Origin: Ginglymostoma cirratum
Lineage: Eukaryota
Reading direction: 5' to 3'
Assembly: GCA_024137785.1 (NCBI GenBank)
Contig: JAHRHZ010000035.1
Coordinates: 19,402,846 to 19,466,845, forward strand
Length of the DNA stretch: 64,000 bases
The notes under the pieces are model-generated. The model did not search any database. It was given only the letters and a program-made list of their open reading frames with translations, and was not told where the DNA came from. The position numbers and the translations under genes were made by a program. This document shows positions 1-12,834 of this stretch, in pieces; the first letter of the stretch is position 1, and each line of letters starts with the position of its first letter.

Positions 1-211
1 TGGGAGTCTATGAGCTATGATCTATAATTATTTTGTAATTTTGTAAAATGAGGATACAGTAGGATACCACACCTTCAAGCTACTTTGTAAAGGCAGCTAT
101 TCAGATATGTGAAGTTTGCATAACTCATTGCATTGAACAGTTTTACTTTAGCACAGAACTATTGTGTAATGAAATGATAACATATAGTTTTCATTAAGTT
201 TGATTTGTTAT

Positions 212-1458
212 AAAGTCATAGAGCTGTACAGCATGGAAACAGATGCTACGGTCCAACTTGTCCATACCTACCAGATATCCTAAACAAACCTAGTCCCATT
301 TGTCAGCATTTGGCCCATATCCCTCTAAACCTTTCCTATTCATATACCCATCCAGGTGCCTTATAAATGTAGTAATTGTACCAGCCTCCACAACTTCCTA
401 TGGCAGCTCATTCCATACATGTACCATCCTCTGCGTGAAAATGTTGCCCCCTTTTAAATTTTTCCTCTCTTACCTTACCTATGCCCTCAAGTTGTAGATG
501 CCCCCAGCCCAGGGAAAAGACCTGGGATATTCAACCTAACCATGCCTCACATGATTTTATAAACCTCTATATGGTCACCCCTCAGCCTCCAATGCTCCAG
601 GGAAAATAGCCCCAGCCTATTCAGCCTCTCCCTGTAGCTCAAACCCTCCAACCCTGGCAGCACGCTTGTAAATCTTTTCTGAACCATTTCAAGATTCATA
701 ACATCATTCCTATAGCAGGGAGACCAGAATTGCACGCAGATTTCCAAAAGTGGCCTAACCAATATCCTGTACAGTCACAACATGACCTCTCAACTCCTGT
801 ATTCAATGCACTGACCAATAAAGGCAAGCAAACCAAATGCCTTCTTCACTATCCTGTCTACCTACGACTCCATTTTCAAGGAACTTAGAATCTGCACTCC
901 AAGGTCTGTTTGTTTAGCAATGCTCCCCAGGACCTTACTATTAAGTGCATAAGTCCTACCCCAATTGCCTTTCCAAAATTTAGCACCTTACGTTTATCTA
1001 AACTTCATCTACCACTCCTCGGCCCACTGGCCCATCCGATCCAGATTCCGCTGTAGTCTGAGGTAACCTTCTTCGCTGTCCACTACACCTCCAATTTTAC
1101 TGTCACCTGAAAACTTACTAACCATACCTCCTATGTTCACATCCAAATCATTTATATAAATGACAAAAAGCTGCGGACCCAGCACCAATTCTTGTGGCAC
1201 ACAGCTGGTCACAGGCCTCCAGTCTGAAAAGCAACCCTGCACCACCACCTTCTACCTTCGAGCTAGTTCTGTATCCAAATGGCTCGTTCTCTCTGTATTC
1301 CATGTGATCTAACCTTGCTAACCAGTCTATCATGAAGAACCTTGTCAAACGCCTTACTGAAGTCCATATAGATCATGTCCACCACTCTGCCCTCATCAAT
1401 CCTCTCCATTATTTCTTCAAAAAACTCAATCAAGTTAGTGAGACAAGATTTCCCACTA
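212..1458 (-). mobile_element. CR1-clade LINE, 5'-truncated 3' part (RT plus tail)
   Basis: Minus-strand peptides GKSCLTNLIEFFEE, DFSKAFDKV, WRPVTSCVPQELVLGPQLFVIYINDLD and VRPLLEICVQFWSP...RLRGDHIEVYKIM; CR1-type tail near 212-300. Confidence 0.93.
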
Positions 1459-1694
1459 TAACATTTTAAACTACAATACATTTTCAAAGAAGCTTGCTTG
1501 AATAACTTTTGCTTAATATATAACTGACAAAAAGACATATAAATGTAAAGATCAAAGAGTTTGGATTCATCTTTAAAGCAGTTGCTTGCACAGAAACACT
1601 GCTTTCTGATATAAAAATGTACAGCACTTCTCTAATATATGTAGAGTGCTGCATTCTATTGGGTGAATTTGACCTCAGGAGGGAAAACAGTAAG

Positions 1695-2085
1695 TATTCA
1701 CCAGAATGAAGATAGGGCTAAAGGTCTTAAATTATTAGGATAAGTTGAGTAAACTAGTCTAGTATTCTCTTGAATACAGAAAAATTAAGGCATGATCTAA
1801 TTGAGATGCTTAAGATGATTAAAGGGTTTTATGGCAGACTTAGAGAAATTATTTCCTCTGATGGGAGAGGCCAGAACAAGGGATATAATTTTAAAATTAC
1901 AGCAAGGCTGTTCAGGGGTGATGTCAGGAAACACTTCTTCAGACAAAGGGTAGTGGAAGTCAGGAACTGCCTCCTTTAAAAAACCTGTTGCATCAGGTCA
2001 GTTGAGAATATCAAAACTGAGTTTTTTTTTTACAAGGCAAGTGATAGAGAACACGCTAGAAATATTTAGTCATGGTACAGATAAA
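1695..2085 (+). mobile_element. Old CR1 3' fragment
   Basis: LRHDLIEMLKMIKG and FRGDVRKHFFRQRVVEVRN match the CR1 ORF2 C-terminus. Confidence 0.75.
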
Positions 2086-2086
2086 T

Positions 2087-3412
2087 TGTTACAATCCCAG
2101 ACCAGGTTGACAATTTTTTATTATGAACTTTCTAGAGCCCAGCAACCTTTTTTTGAAAAGTAGACAAAGTTTAAGATCAAAGATAAAAGGTACTGCAGAT
2201 GCTGGATGCTTGTTATCTCGGATTCCTATGATGCTGCTTGACCTGCTGTGTTCATCCAGCCCCATGCTTGTTATCTCAAAGTTTAAGATCAAGGTGTGTA
2301 CCAAGAGAATGAAATGACAAGATTCCACAGGTATGAACAAACAAAACTAAGTTTTACAAAGTTAGAATGGCAAGACAATCAAGATAAACAATTTATATTC
2401 TAATCTCCAGAATTAGGTTGACGTACGTATGAGTAACAGACAAACTGTGATCGAACACTCCACAGAGCACAGTAAATCACAAATCCAGTTTCGACAGATA
2501 CTATAGATTTCTCAGCAAACCCATAGACATTAGTAAATTTGTGGTTCATCAAATCTTATTAAAGATTCACAACTTTGAAATTCCTTCAAATGCCATGATG
2601 TCGTGGACAGTCACAATGACTGCTGACTTCTTTGTAGTTCCTTCTCCTTTCCTGGGACTGTACTCCCCTCAATCCCGGAAATTGTATGTCAGCACCTGCT
2701 CACAGGTAGAACTCCAGCTATTCCACAGACAGCTGGTTTCAACAAGCTAGTACCGTCTCGGGTCTCTCTGATCTCTAATCTTGGTCAGCTGTAAGAAGGA
2801 AATACTCTTTGTATTTTTCTTTCACCCACTGTCTGCTGCAATGAAGTGCAAATGGCTTATTCCAAGTCCCGCCAACATTACAATCGCACCTCCCCCTGCC
2901 CATGGCCAAGACCTTTTGTGAGCCTTACTCCCAATAGTTAACTGTACCTACAGTCTCCAAGGATGTTTTTGAATCCTTACTGTATAGAACTATCAAACAG
3001 CTCCTGAAACCTCAACCTGAGCTTTAACTGTACAATGCCTTCAGTCTTCTTCTCAGCAACCCAGATAACAACTGCATTTTTCCTGACTTGAGCTTCATCC
3101 TTTTCTTCACACTGCTGCTCTCTTTCTTTCTCTCTCTAACTGTCTTACAAACTCCAACTAACCCTAACTCTGGAACTGCCCTACAGTGACCCATGAAATT
3201 TTTGTGTGACCTACTGAAACTTCTACCACAAGCCCTGAATGTAAATAATATTAGAAAACCAAATTTCCTCAATGTTAGCATTTTCACAGCTTGCTGGCTT
3301 ACACAGTACAAATGAATATGAGAGGAAAACAGATTTCATCACATTTTCCCCTTGGGGAAGAAAAGCTTCACAATAGTGAATGTTTCTTTACAATGGCTTA
3401 GAAAATGTAACA
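2087..3412 (-). mobile_element. Putative long LTR (Gypsy-type)
   Basis: Termini tgttaca (2087-2093) and tgtaaca (3406-3412) form a perfect 7-bp inverted TG...CA pair; it starts where the CR1 tail breaks off; no clean TSD; strand inferred. Confidence 0.4.
2181..2276. mobile_element. Penelope-derived mini-element with the hammerhead core deleted
   Basis: Its segments match the arms of the 58912-59619 element; exact 16-bp TSD caaagtttaagatcaa at 2165-2180 and 2277-2292. Confidence 0.8.
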
Positions 3413-3431
3413 AATTTGTCTAATCACAAAC

Positions 3432-3722
3432 TTATAACAAATTGTCTATGACATAACATATGGATAATGGGTGCTTTAAGTTTGCTGTGGAACAAAATTC
3501 CTTAAAATTTTCCTTAGCTGCTTTTAAAGTCTGGATCTGGTCTTCCATATGACCTATCTCAGCTTGCTTGTTTTCCAGATTGCTGTTCAAACTCTCATTA
3601 CTCTTTTTAAGACCAAGTTCCATTGGATCATTAGCGTCAGCTTTTAATTCTGCATTCAACCAACTGTTTTGATTCATCAGTAATTCATTCTCCTGTACAA
3701 GGCATTTTTGACAATAGTTCAT
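3432..3722 (-). pseudogene. Coiled-coil ORF remnant, possibly gag-like and belonging to the adjacent LTR element
   Basis: Heptad-like E/K/N/L/Q-rich peptide (LKKSNESLNSNLENKQAEIGHMEDQIQTLKAAKENF) next to the putative LTR; no diagnostic motif. Confidence 0.25.
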
Positions 3723-4489
3723 TGAGACTTCTAATATTTGAAGTCCATTGAGGCTTTTGAGCCATGTCTACAGTAAGCCCTAGTTTTAAGTCAACCCTCT
3801 TTGTTTTAAAGTTGTTTATACTACATGGTCTTTCTTACCAGTTTACATTGCAATTTCTAATATCCTCACATGCTATGAGCAAGACCCCTGATGGATTGAT
3901 GTCTCCCATGGTATCCTGACTGATTTCTGACATTGTTTTTCAGATATCTCCCATTGGACTGTGAGAACTTCATGATGGTTAAGTTCATTGTGAACAGGAA
4001 CAGGTTATGTGACTTTGTTACAATATAGGACACGCTAGCCATATCCTAGATCCGGAGGAACTTGCTGAACCAGGAGAATGGGGGAATGTAGAAGAGTTGG
4101 TGAAGCTGCAGGGTGGAAACAGGCTGCTGAATGATTTAATTCAGCACACTTTCAGCAAGACTGGAACCCTCAGCCACATCAGGACTCAAAAGATCTGGCT
4201 CGAGGCAGGGAAGGCACTGTGGATATACTGTGTGATATGCTGCTGAAGATTCTGCAGCCAATGCACCGGGATCATGTCACTGGTCTCCAGAGCTATTGCT
4301 TAAAGATGCAGCCTTTGGAATTGAGAAGTGAGGCTTCCCCTTGTACCATCTGATGGTGCAGGATAATGGCAGCAGGAGCATTTCTGTGTTATTGGCCTTT
4401 GTGTGGGGCCTGACAGCTGACATGTTGCATGAGACTGCAGGGGTTTCTTGTGGACTTCATGGACTCTGTGCTGCCAGCCAGCTCTGGAG

Positions 4490-4810
4490 ACATAGGTTCA
4501 GATCCAGTCACAGCAGATGGAAGTTCAATTCAATTCATAAATGTCGAATTGAAACCTGTTCTGTTGGTAAGCATGAAACCATTGTCAACTGTCATAAAAA
4601 CCCATTCAGCTCACTAATGTCCTTTAGGGAAAAGAAATCTGTCGTCCTACATATGACTCCAGACCCACTGCAATCTTAAAATGAGACTTCACATGTCATT
4701 TGAAATAGCCCAATGAACCATTCAGTTGTATTAAACCATTACAAATTCTAAGGAAAAGAATGAAACTGACCAAATGGTATTGACCTCTGTACTGGAAATG
4801 ACAACAGCAG
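4490..4810 (+). mobile_element. tRNA-derived SINE, degraded copy of the 38777 family
   Basis: Contains tcactaatgtcctttagggaa and atatgactccagaccca, shared with 16530, 24833 and 38777. Confidence 0.7.
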
Positions 4811-5904
4811 ACACATGACCATCAGCTGGGCTCACAGTGTGATGCATTGTGCCTGCTCAAAGCTGCATATATAAATATAGCAGATCCTGTTTTATGTCAG
4901 CAAAAGGAATTTGTACACGCATTGCACATTCCTCATAAAAAGGGATGATGGAGACAGCAAGAGCCAGCTGCATTCCCATGGCAACACCCTGACTAATCAG
5001 AATCTGCCTGCCTGGTTCTGAGAGTTAAGATTGACAGTTAACTGTTCTTGCTGTATCTCCATGATAATGATGGCCCAACCAATCAGCACCCTCTTCTTAT
5101 GCTGTTTAAATGGGGTCCACTTTTCACAAGCCTGTCTCTTACGTCCTAGTGCAAGACAAAAAGCTTCAACCTTTTATCTCATTTTATCAATATTTAAATT
5201 ATGTACCGCAAAACAATTATTTAAAACATAAGAACCAATGAGGCCACCTTTATGATGGGGTGAGCATTAGGGTCTTTCTACAGAGCAGCCTTTGGCTGCA
5301 CCCCCATCCTCAGCAATAGAAAGGGCCTGTAGACTTTACCTGCAGCACTACCAGCATGGTCTCCCTCTGAAGGGTTCACCTCCAAGAAATTGAGTTGTCT
5401 ACTGTAGCATCACAAACTGGAAAGTCCACGTTGGCTTAAACTTACCTTTAAGGAGCTTATTTCTTAAAGCTTACCTCTTAACCTCACAGGGGCAAACAGT
5501 CTTCCCAGGCCCCCAACATATGTTTATTAAAATGGCTGGCATCTGGAAACGGGTTGGCCAACAGCCCTGTTATTCCGTGGGGCCCATTCCCAAAGTTGGC
5601 TGGGTCTGAAGATTTAGCCTACCCACCCAGGCCTTATGAAGAAGCTTCTTGTGTTTCCGTAGCTGTGTCAGGGCTTATGGTGAGGCCACTCAAGGTGTTT
5701 GTTTCTGCTAATCATCTTGGCAAGCCTTCTTTAAAGCACAGCTAACAAAAATATGTTGTAATGATTGAAGTGTGTCCAATGAACATTTAAATTAACCAGG
5801 AAGTGGAATTTATTGTGTATTGGTTATGAATTTATCATGCCTTTGGGGCTTCACTAATTATCTGGCGTAGACAGGTATATCCACGCAGTCTATTTAAATA
5901 GATT

Positions 5905-6015
5905 GGGGACTTACTTGGTATAGTCCCTACCTCTGAGCCAGGAGGCCTGGGATCAAGTCCCACCTGCACCAGATGTGTGTAATAACATCTCTGAACAGAT
6001 TAATAAGGAAAATGT
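5905..6015 (+). mobile_element. Short tRNA-derived SINE head
   Basis: tRNA-like cctacctctgagccaggaggcctgggatcaagtccc with a B-box-like motif. Confidence 0.5.
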
Positions 6016-8544
6016 CTGCACGGATAGATTGAAGGATACAGACAAATGAGCTCACACTATCTCTCAGGTAGCTCTGCCTGTACAGCATCTCCTCATTGCT
6101 TCTCCATTTCAGTGGCATTATTTTCATGTAAAGTACCTAGTTGTCAGTAATGGCGCTGATCCAAAAGTCATTTGTTCTTAAACAAACAACTTATGAGGCT
6201 AAGTTCTAGCAGATAGTTTTAAGATGGCCTTAAGCTATTGTACTCTTGAAACAAAATGGAACTTGTCAGCAACCAGCAATGCCGAGTGCCCTGCACATTT
6301 CTCTGGACATTCTGATTGTAGTAACATCAGGCTATTGTTTGCAGGATAGCCCTGCCCTTAATTCTGTGTTCAGACAAAGCTTTGATCTGTTGCAGATAGG
6401 AGTTTTAACTGACTCGTGTCCAAATGACTGATCCCTGCTTTCTGTTTGGGTGGATTTTTATTTGTCCATGAGCAGTGGATTAAGAGGAACATTTTTCTCA
6501 GCATACAACCCAGCAGTCCGTTCAACACAAGTGGGTATAAAGATGTCTGAGCACAGTGAGTGTGCACCTCGTGGTAAAGAGTGCATAACAAAAGCAGATT
6601 AGGAAGGACACTTGTACATCATTATATTTCGATCCAAACAAGTGGAACGCTGTAAAAGTTCTATGTCTACAGCTCCCTGCCACAGATCTGTTGCTGGCGA
6701 GTTTTAGAACGGCATAATTAAAAATCTGAGTAAGGGGCTCCCTGTGGAAGCCTCCACAGGGCTGCCCCCTGGCACAAGTGACCTTACTCACCCCATCCCC
6801 CAAACCAGCACCCCAGCCTCCACACCAGCCCAGAGCAGCTTTCCTTCCCTCTCTTGGCACCCTAAAATTCTTGATTTCGACTTCATTTCTGTGTGGTTTC
6901 CTGCCTGGCCAACCCCTCCCACTGGCACTGATGAGGATTTAGAGCTGCCAACCTGCTAATTGCGCCATATCGGGAAGCTGAGGTTGGCAGGCCTGCGTGC
7001 TGTCAATATGGAGGCCACCTGTAGTAAAATCATTGAGCCAGTCCAACTGCTAGCAAATATAAGCTCAGGACCCATACTCCACCCTGAGAGTGGGATTCCA
7101 AAGCCCTGTTGTAAAATAAATGGAGCCCTTAATAAAATATTGCCCTCATCTGCATCTGTACCAACCTCTGAGGCACAATGTCTGCAGAAGGTTAAGGTTA
7201 ATCTAATTGGGACCTATCCTTATGTTCTGTATAAAACAATGCTCGGTGTTTATGTTTCAATAATACGAGTATATTGAAAATTTAGAACTCTGCAGTTCAC
7301 ACCAGGATTGCTTGGAGCTTTATCCTGACATAGAACTGTAAAATAATCACTCGAAACTGAGCTCCTTGGGGCAAATGAACTAATAGTGGGATTTTAGCAT
7401 TATCATTCTCCCATTGTGTGCAGACATTATTGTTAGGGATAAGTGAAGTAAACCTTATTACATGTTCAGGATGTCATTCTTCACAGTAAAGATTCAGGTT
7501 ATTAAGTTTCAGATTAAAGGGCAATTGTAATGGGTCTGGAACCAAAGAAAACGTTTGTTTTGGAGAAGGGCTCATAATGACCATAGATTTCCAATAATGG
7601 TGGATTGAAACTCTATGTTCTAAACGTTTGTGCAAAAGATGTCATAGATAGCTCTCAATAAACAAACCAAAGTCTTAACAATGAAACATTAGAAGAACTA
7701 CTGTTCCAACAAATAATAGTCGTATTAAGTCGCACAATTTGAGCCAAGAAGCATAAGGACTTGTTCAGACTTGTAGAAAAAATGGCGCACTGAGTAGTAT
7801 TTGATTTCTGATAATTAAACATGAGAATAACTAACATTCAAATAAGATATCCGGTGGCGTACATACGTGTGATCAGGGAGGTTTCGATAAGATTCCTGTT
7901 AGAATTACTAATTCCACACACTCCTGCAGAGACAGCCTGGTTTCAGTGCCATTAATTTGGCCAGGCATTTTGTGATTGACTGTAAACTGCTGGAGGCATG
8001 TCCCATAGGAATTGGGAATGGATTCCTCTGCACAAACACATGCTGGAACTCCTTGGGCAGACAGGCCAATGCATTGAACAGATGCCTGTGCAAGCAAAGC
8101 TCCTCTCATTCAAAAGTTGGGTCCCTAGATTATGTGTCTCTGTCCTTTTCAGAAGAAGTGGAAAATTACTAGCTGGTCTTCTGGGGAGCCATTCCGCCAA
8201 CAGTTCCTTCTCAAAAACACATGGTGGTTCAAACTTTGTGAGTTAGAAGAAGGGTTCTGACCTTCAACTGGTGCAACAGCAAGGCCTGAACCATCTGATG
8301 GCAAAAGGAACAAAAGGGTAATGTTCCCCATGTAAAGGTGAGTCAACAGTGAGATGAACAAGCAGCACAGCATACTATTAAGGTGTCATGCCAAGTGTAT
8401 GAGTGACAGGGTGGTTACAACCAGTCAGTAATGCAACATTCCCAAACTTATTTCAATTCCAGATGGGATATCCAATTATCAAGATTCCAAACGTGGAGGG
8501 ACAAACTGGCTCCTCTTTTAGGTCAACCCCTGCCCTCCCCTTCA

Positions 8545-8626
8545 CCCCGGTTAATCTCTCCACAGCTGCTGCCAGACCTGCTGCGTCTCTCGAGTACTTT
8601 CCACTTTTATTTCAGATTTCCAGAAC
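8545..8626 (+). mobile_element. Old Penelope terminal remnant
   Basis: ctgctgccagacctgctg...ttttatttcagatttccag resembles the arms at 21985-22039 and 22270-22350. Confidence 0.5.
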
Positions 8627-8639
8627 TTCGCTTTTGTTA

Positions 8640-9310
8640 AAGAATTCACCTGCCTCTGCCTTAAAAATATCTGAGAACACTACTTCTACCATTTTTTCAA
8701 GCAGAGAATTCCAAACATTCAACACTCTAAGGGAGAATAATTTCTCTAATCTTTGTTTTAAATGGACCACCCCTGGTTTCTAAACAGGGACCCCTTGTTC
8801 TAGATTCTCCCATATGAGGAAACATTCTATCCACATTTACCTTGTCAAAATTCCCTCAGGATTTTATATGTTTTGATCAAGTTACCTGTTACCGTTCTAA
8901 ATCTCACTGGATAGGGCTAGTCCATCTAATCATTCCTCGTAAAACAACATGCCTATTCTAGGTATTCATCTTCTCTGAACTGCTTCCATTTACATCCCTC
9001 CTTAAATAAGATGACCAATACTGTGCGCATAATCCAGATGCAGTCTCACTAATCCCTTGTATAATTGAAGCAATTGAAGCATCTCCTCTCTACTTACATA
9101 TTCAATTCCCCTTGCAATAAATGATAATATTCTATCAGCTTTCCTAATTACTTGCTGTACTTGCATCCTAACATTTTGTGGTTCATACACAAGGACTCCC
9201 AAAACACTTGGGTGTCAGAGCTCTGAAATTTCGCAATGTTTTGATAATGTGCTTCTTTTTTATTCTTCCTGCTGAAATGGACAACACATTTTCTCACAAT
9301 CTTTCTGCTG
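8640..9310 (-). mobile_element. Old CR1 3' fragment
   Basis: MQVQQVIRKADRILSFIARGIEYVSREEML..LYKGLVRLHLDYA and KCVVHFSRKNK. Confidence 0.85.
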
Positions 9311-9599
9311 TGTCCCCATTCCCCTGCAACGAGTGGAAGTGTGTTGGGATGTGTCTTGTCAGTTTCCAAGACAGCAAAATGACAGGAAGAAGAAGCAAGT
9401 GTCCTCACTAGGAGGCAGTAACTATAAGAAGAACAGGAGTGTGAGAATGGGAGTGCAAATGGAAGGCAGAGAATGAAGTGTTTTGTGCTGATTTTGGGGT
9501 AAGAAGGATTATCAGTGCTGGAGTTAAACTTAGACTGTGCAATGCTGAGTATAGAATAGTGGAGATGTGGAGGGCTGTCACACCTTGGAAGGTAAGTAA

Positions 9600-11928
9600 G
9601 ACTATTGTTTTCCTGCATTGTAGCACCAGAACAAATGGTTATAGAATTTGTTAGTTTCATTCAAAAGGAAAAAAGAGCCATATGAAAGGTTTAGGAAACT
9701 GAATTCAGACAAGGCTCTTGAGGAATACAAAGGAGGCAGGAAAAAACTTAAACAAGGAATTAGGAGGGCTCCATGAAATGTCCTTGGCAAGTAGGATTAA
9801 GGAGGATCTCAAGACATTTTGTATGTATATCAGGAGAAAGACAGTAGCAAGGGAAAGTGTAAGTCTGCTCAAGGACAAAGGAAGGAATTTTAAGGAGCCA
9901 GAGAAAGTGGGTGAGGTCCTTAACAAGTACTTTGCATCAGTACTCACCGAGGAGAGGAATATCGATGGTGGTAACAGGGAAGGGGTATAATAATGTTCTG
10001 GGGCATGTCGATATTAGCAAGGGGGAGGTGTTGGGTATCTTGAAAACCATTAAGGTAGCTAGGTCTCCAGGACTTGATGGGCTCTGTAGAAGGAAGTAAG
10101 GGAGGAGATTGCTGGGGCTCTGGCACGGATCTTTATACCCTCTTCAGCCACAGGCATGGTCCCAGAAGACTGGAGAATATCTTGTACCTTTGTTTAAGAA
10201 GGGTAACAGGGATAATCCAGGAAATTTTAGGCCAGTGAGCCTTACATCAATGATGGGGGAATTATTAGACAAGATTCTTAGGTACAGGATTTAGTCAAAT
10301 TTAGAAAAGAATGGATTTATTAGGCATAGTCAGCAAGGCTTTGCTCTCAAATTTGGAGTTTCAGGGCTAGGTCAGAGAGGAGCTTAGAGGAAGATAGAAC
10401 TAATGGGCTAATGGAAGAAACAAAGACAACAGAATCAGATGATTGGGTGGTGGTGACCTTAGTCCTTCCCATATATTGTTGGTAATGAGGCTCTAGGGAT
10501 GGGGATGTGGATGGGGATGGGGACGGGGATGGGGACAAGGATGAGGGTGGGTTTCCCTGATCAACTACTGGTGCGGCTACCTTAGAAAACACAGCCAAAG
10601 TGATTGGGTAGCAAATTGTTTTTAGAAGCTGGGTTGAGCTTTGCTGACACAGTATAAATGCAGATATAAGTTGTCATTTAACTGTTGTAATGTTAAATTG
10701 TACGCTACAATTAATAGTCATGATGCACTCAGACAGTAATGGCGTAAACAGCTGGGTTGAAATGCACCCTTGAGTTACAAAACACTGCAGGCTGATATCT
10801 TTCATGGGTGGTGGTACAGCATTCCTATGCCCTAGTCTCTCAAATTTGTGGAGTTTTTTGAGGAAGTGACAAAGATGATTGATGAGAGTAGGGCAGTGGA
10901 TGTTATCTACATAGACTTTCACCAAAGCATTTGACAAGGTCCTTCATGGTAGACTGGTCCAGAGGATTAGGTCATATGTATCAACGATGAGTTGCTAAGT
11001 TGGACACAAAATTGGCTTGGCCATCAAAAACAGAGGGTAGTTTTGGAGGGACGTTTTTCTGACCAGAGGTCTGTGATCAGTGGTGTTCTGCAAGAATCAA
11101 TGTTGTTTGTAATGTATAGAAACATTTTGGATGAAAATGTCGGCTGTCAGATAAGTAAGTTTGCAGATGATATGAAAGTTGGTGAAGTTGTGGATCATGT
11201 GGAAGGATGTCAAAGGATGTAGCAGGATATAGACCACTTGGAAAGTTGGGCAGAGAAATGGCAGATGGAGTTTAATCTGAGCAAGTGTGAGTCGATGTAT
11301 TTTTGGAGGTCAAATGCAAGAGGAAAGTATACAATAATGGCAGGACCCTTAGAAGCATTAATGCACAGAGGAAAATACTAAATAAAGAACTGCAGATGCT
11401 GTAAAAATACAAAGATATCTTGGTGTGCAAGCCCATAGTTCCATGGAAGTGGCAACACAAGTGGATAAGCTGGCAAAGAAGGTGTGTGCTTGCCTTCATT
11501 GGTCAGGGCATTGAGTATGAAAGTTGGCAGGTCATGCTGCAGCTGTATAAAGCTTTAGTTAGGCCACATCTGGAATATTGTCTCCAGTTCCAGTTGCCAT
11601 ATTATAGGAACGATGTGGAGGGTGGTCAAAGGATTTACCAAGATGTTGCCTGGATTGGAATGTATTAGCTATAAGGAGAGGTTGGACAAACTGGGAATGT
11701 TTTCACTGGAGCATCGGAGACTGAGGGGTGACCTAACAGAAATATATAAAATTATGAGAAGTATGGATAGGGTGAATAGTCGGAGTCTTTTTGTCATGGT
11801 GGAAATAGGGTGGGAAGTTTCAAAGAGATGTACAAAGAAGAGGGTGGTGGTGCCTGGAACGCCATACTAAGGGGAAGTGGTAGAAGAAGATATGATGGCA
11901 ATGTTTAAGAAGCATTTAGACAGACACA
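9600..11928 (+). mobile_element. CR1 ORF2 (tether plus RT), interrupted at 10361-10828 and ending before its normal tail
   Basis: EVLNKYFASV, VPLFKKGNRDNPGNFRPVSLTS, ISKFADDMKVG, LYKALVRPHLEYC and RRLRGDLTEIYKIM. Confidence 0.93.
10361..10828 (-). repeat. 468-bp inverted duplicate of 12202-12669
   Basis: Reverse-complement match at both ends (coordinates sum to 23030); the peptide MAVFSKVAAPVVDQG... is identical in ORFs 10347-10598(-) and 12432-12761(+). Confidence 0.95.
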
Positions 11929-12201
11929 GGGGTGGGGCTGTGGAATTGAACGTTCAAGTCACTCGGGATGTTGCTGCTCCACATCTTTATTGGAATTAAA
12001 TCTTTCCATTGATCAGAAGTTAGTTTTGAGGTAAAGCATTATTCCTGTAGGTAAAATTCAGATTTATTGTTTTATTTATTTATTTATCTGCCATCTTTAA
12101 TGTCATAGTTTTTTAAAGTAAAAGAAGACCATTTATCACGCTGTTCAATCCAAACAATTGTACTAAGTACCTCCCTGCATTGGCCTCATTGCCTGTGGTA
12201 A

Positions 12202-12669
12202 ATAGGAATGCTGTACCACCACCCATGAAAGATATCAGCCTGCAGTGTTTTGTAACTCAAGGGTGCATTTCAACCCAGCTGTTTACGCCATTACTGTCTG
12301 AGTGCATCATGACTATTAATTGTAGCGTACAATTTAACATTACAACAGTTAAATGACAACTTATATCTGCATTTATACTGTGTCAGCAAAGCTCAACCCA
12401 GCTTCTAAAAACAATTTGCTACCCAATCACTTTGGCTGTGTTTTCTAAGGTAGCCGCACCAGTAGTTGATCAGGGAAACCCACCCTCATCCTTGTCCCCA
12501 TCCCCGTCCCCATCCCCATCCACATCCCCATCCCTAGAGCCTCATTACCAACAATATATGGGAAGGACTAAGGTCACCACCACCCAATCATCTGATTCTG
12601 TTGTCTTTGTTTCTTCCATTAGCCCATTAGTTCTATCTTCCTCTAAGCTCCTCTCTGACCTAGCCCTGA
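12202..12669 (+). repeat. Likely donor copy of the 468-bp inverted duplication
   Basis: Flanked on both sides by non-CR1 sequence, whereas the other copy interrupts a CR1. Confidence 0.9.
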
Positions 12670-12834
12670 CTTCTTACCGATTAGTGATTTCTCTCCCTTC
12701 AGCCCTCATCTCCTCTCCAAGCTACTCTTGTGAAATCCAACTCTTTCTGCGTTGGCCTTAACACCACTGTATTACTGTTCCCTCAACCGAGTCTTAGTGG
12801 TGTGCAGTATTCGGGAGAGAGTTGGAGGGCCTAG

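Noticed and set aside
4190-4300. Possible Harbinger transposase remnant (TVDILCDMLLKILQP)
   Set aside because: Too short and degenerate; no catalytic motifs or terminal inverted repeats.
4870-5190. Possible Penelope-type terminus with decayed hammerhead (cctagtgcaagacaaaaagcttc, ~5145-5167)
   Set aside because: CUGANGA is missing and GAAA is mutated; the assignment rests only on recollection of a consensus.
7860-8250. Cluster of overlapping short ORFs on both strands
   Set aside because: No recognisable domain; compatible with chance in moderately GC-rich DNA.
12432-12761. 109-aa Ser/Pro-rich ORF, partly repeated at 10347-10598 on the minus strand
   Set aside because: It starts at TTG, the SPSPSP run comes from a ccatcc hexamer repeat, and the second copy is explained by the inverted duplication; no coding evidence.
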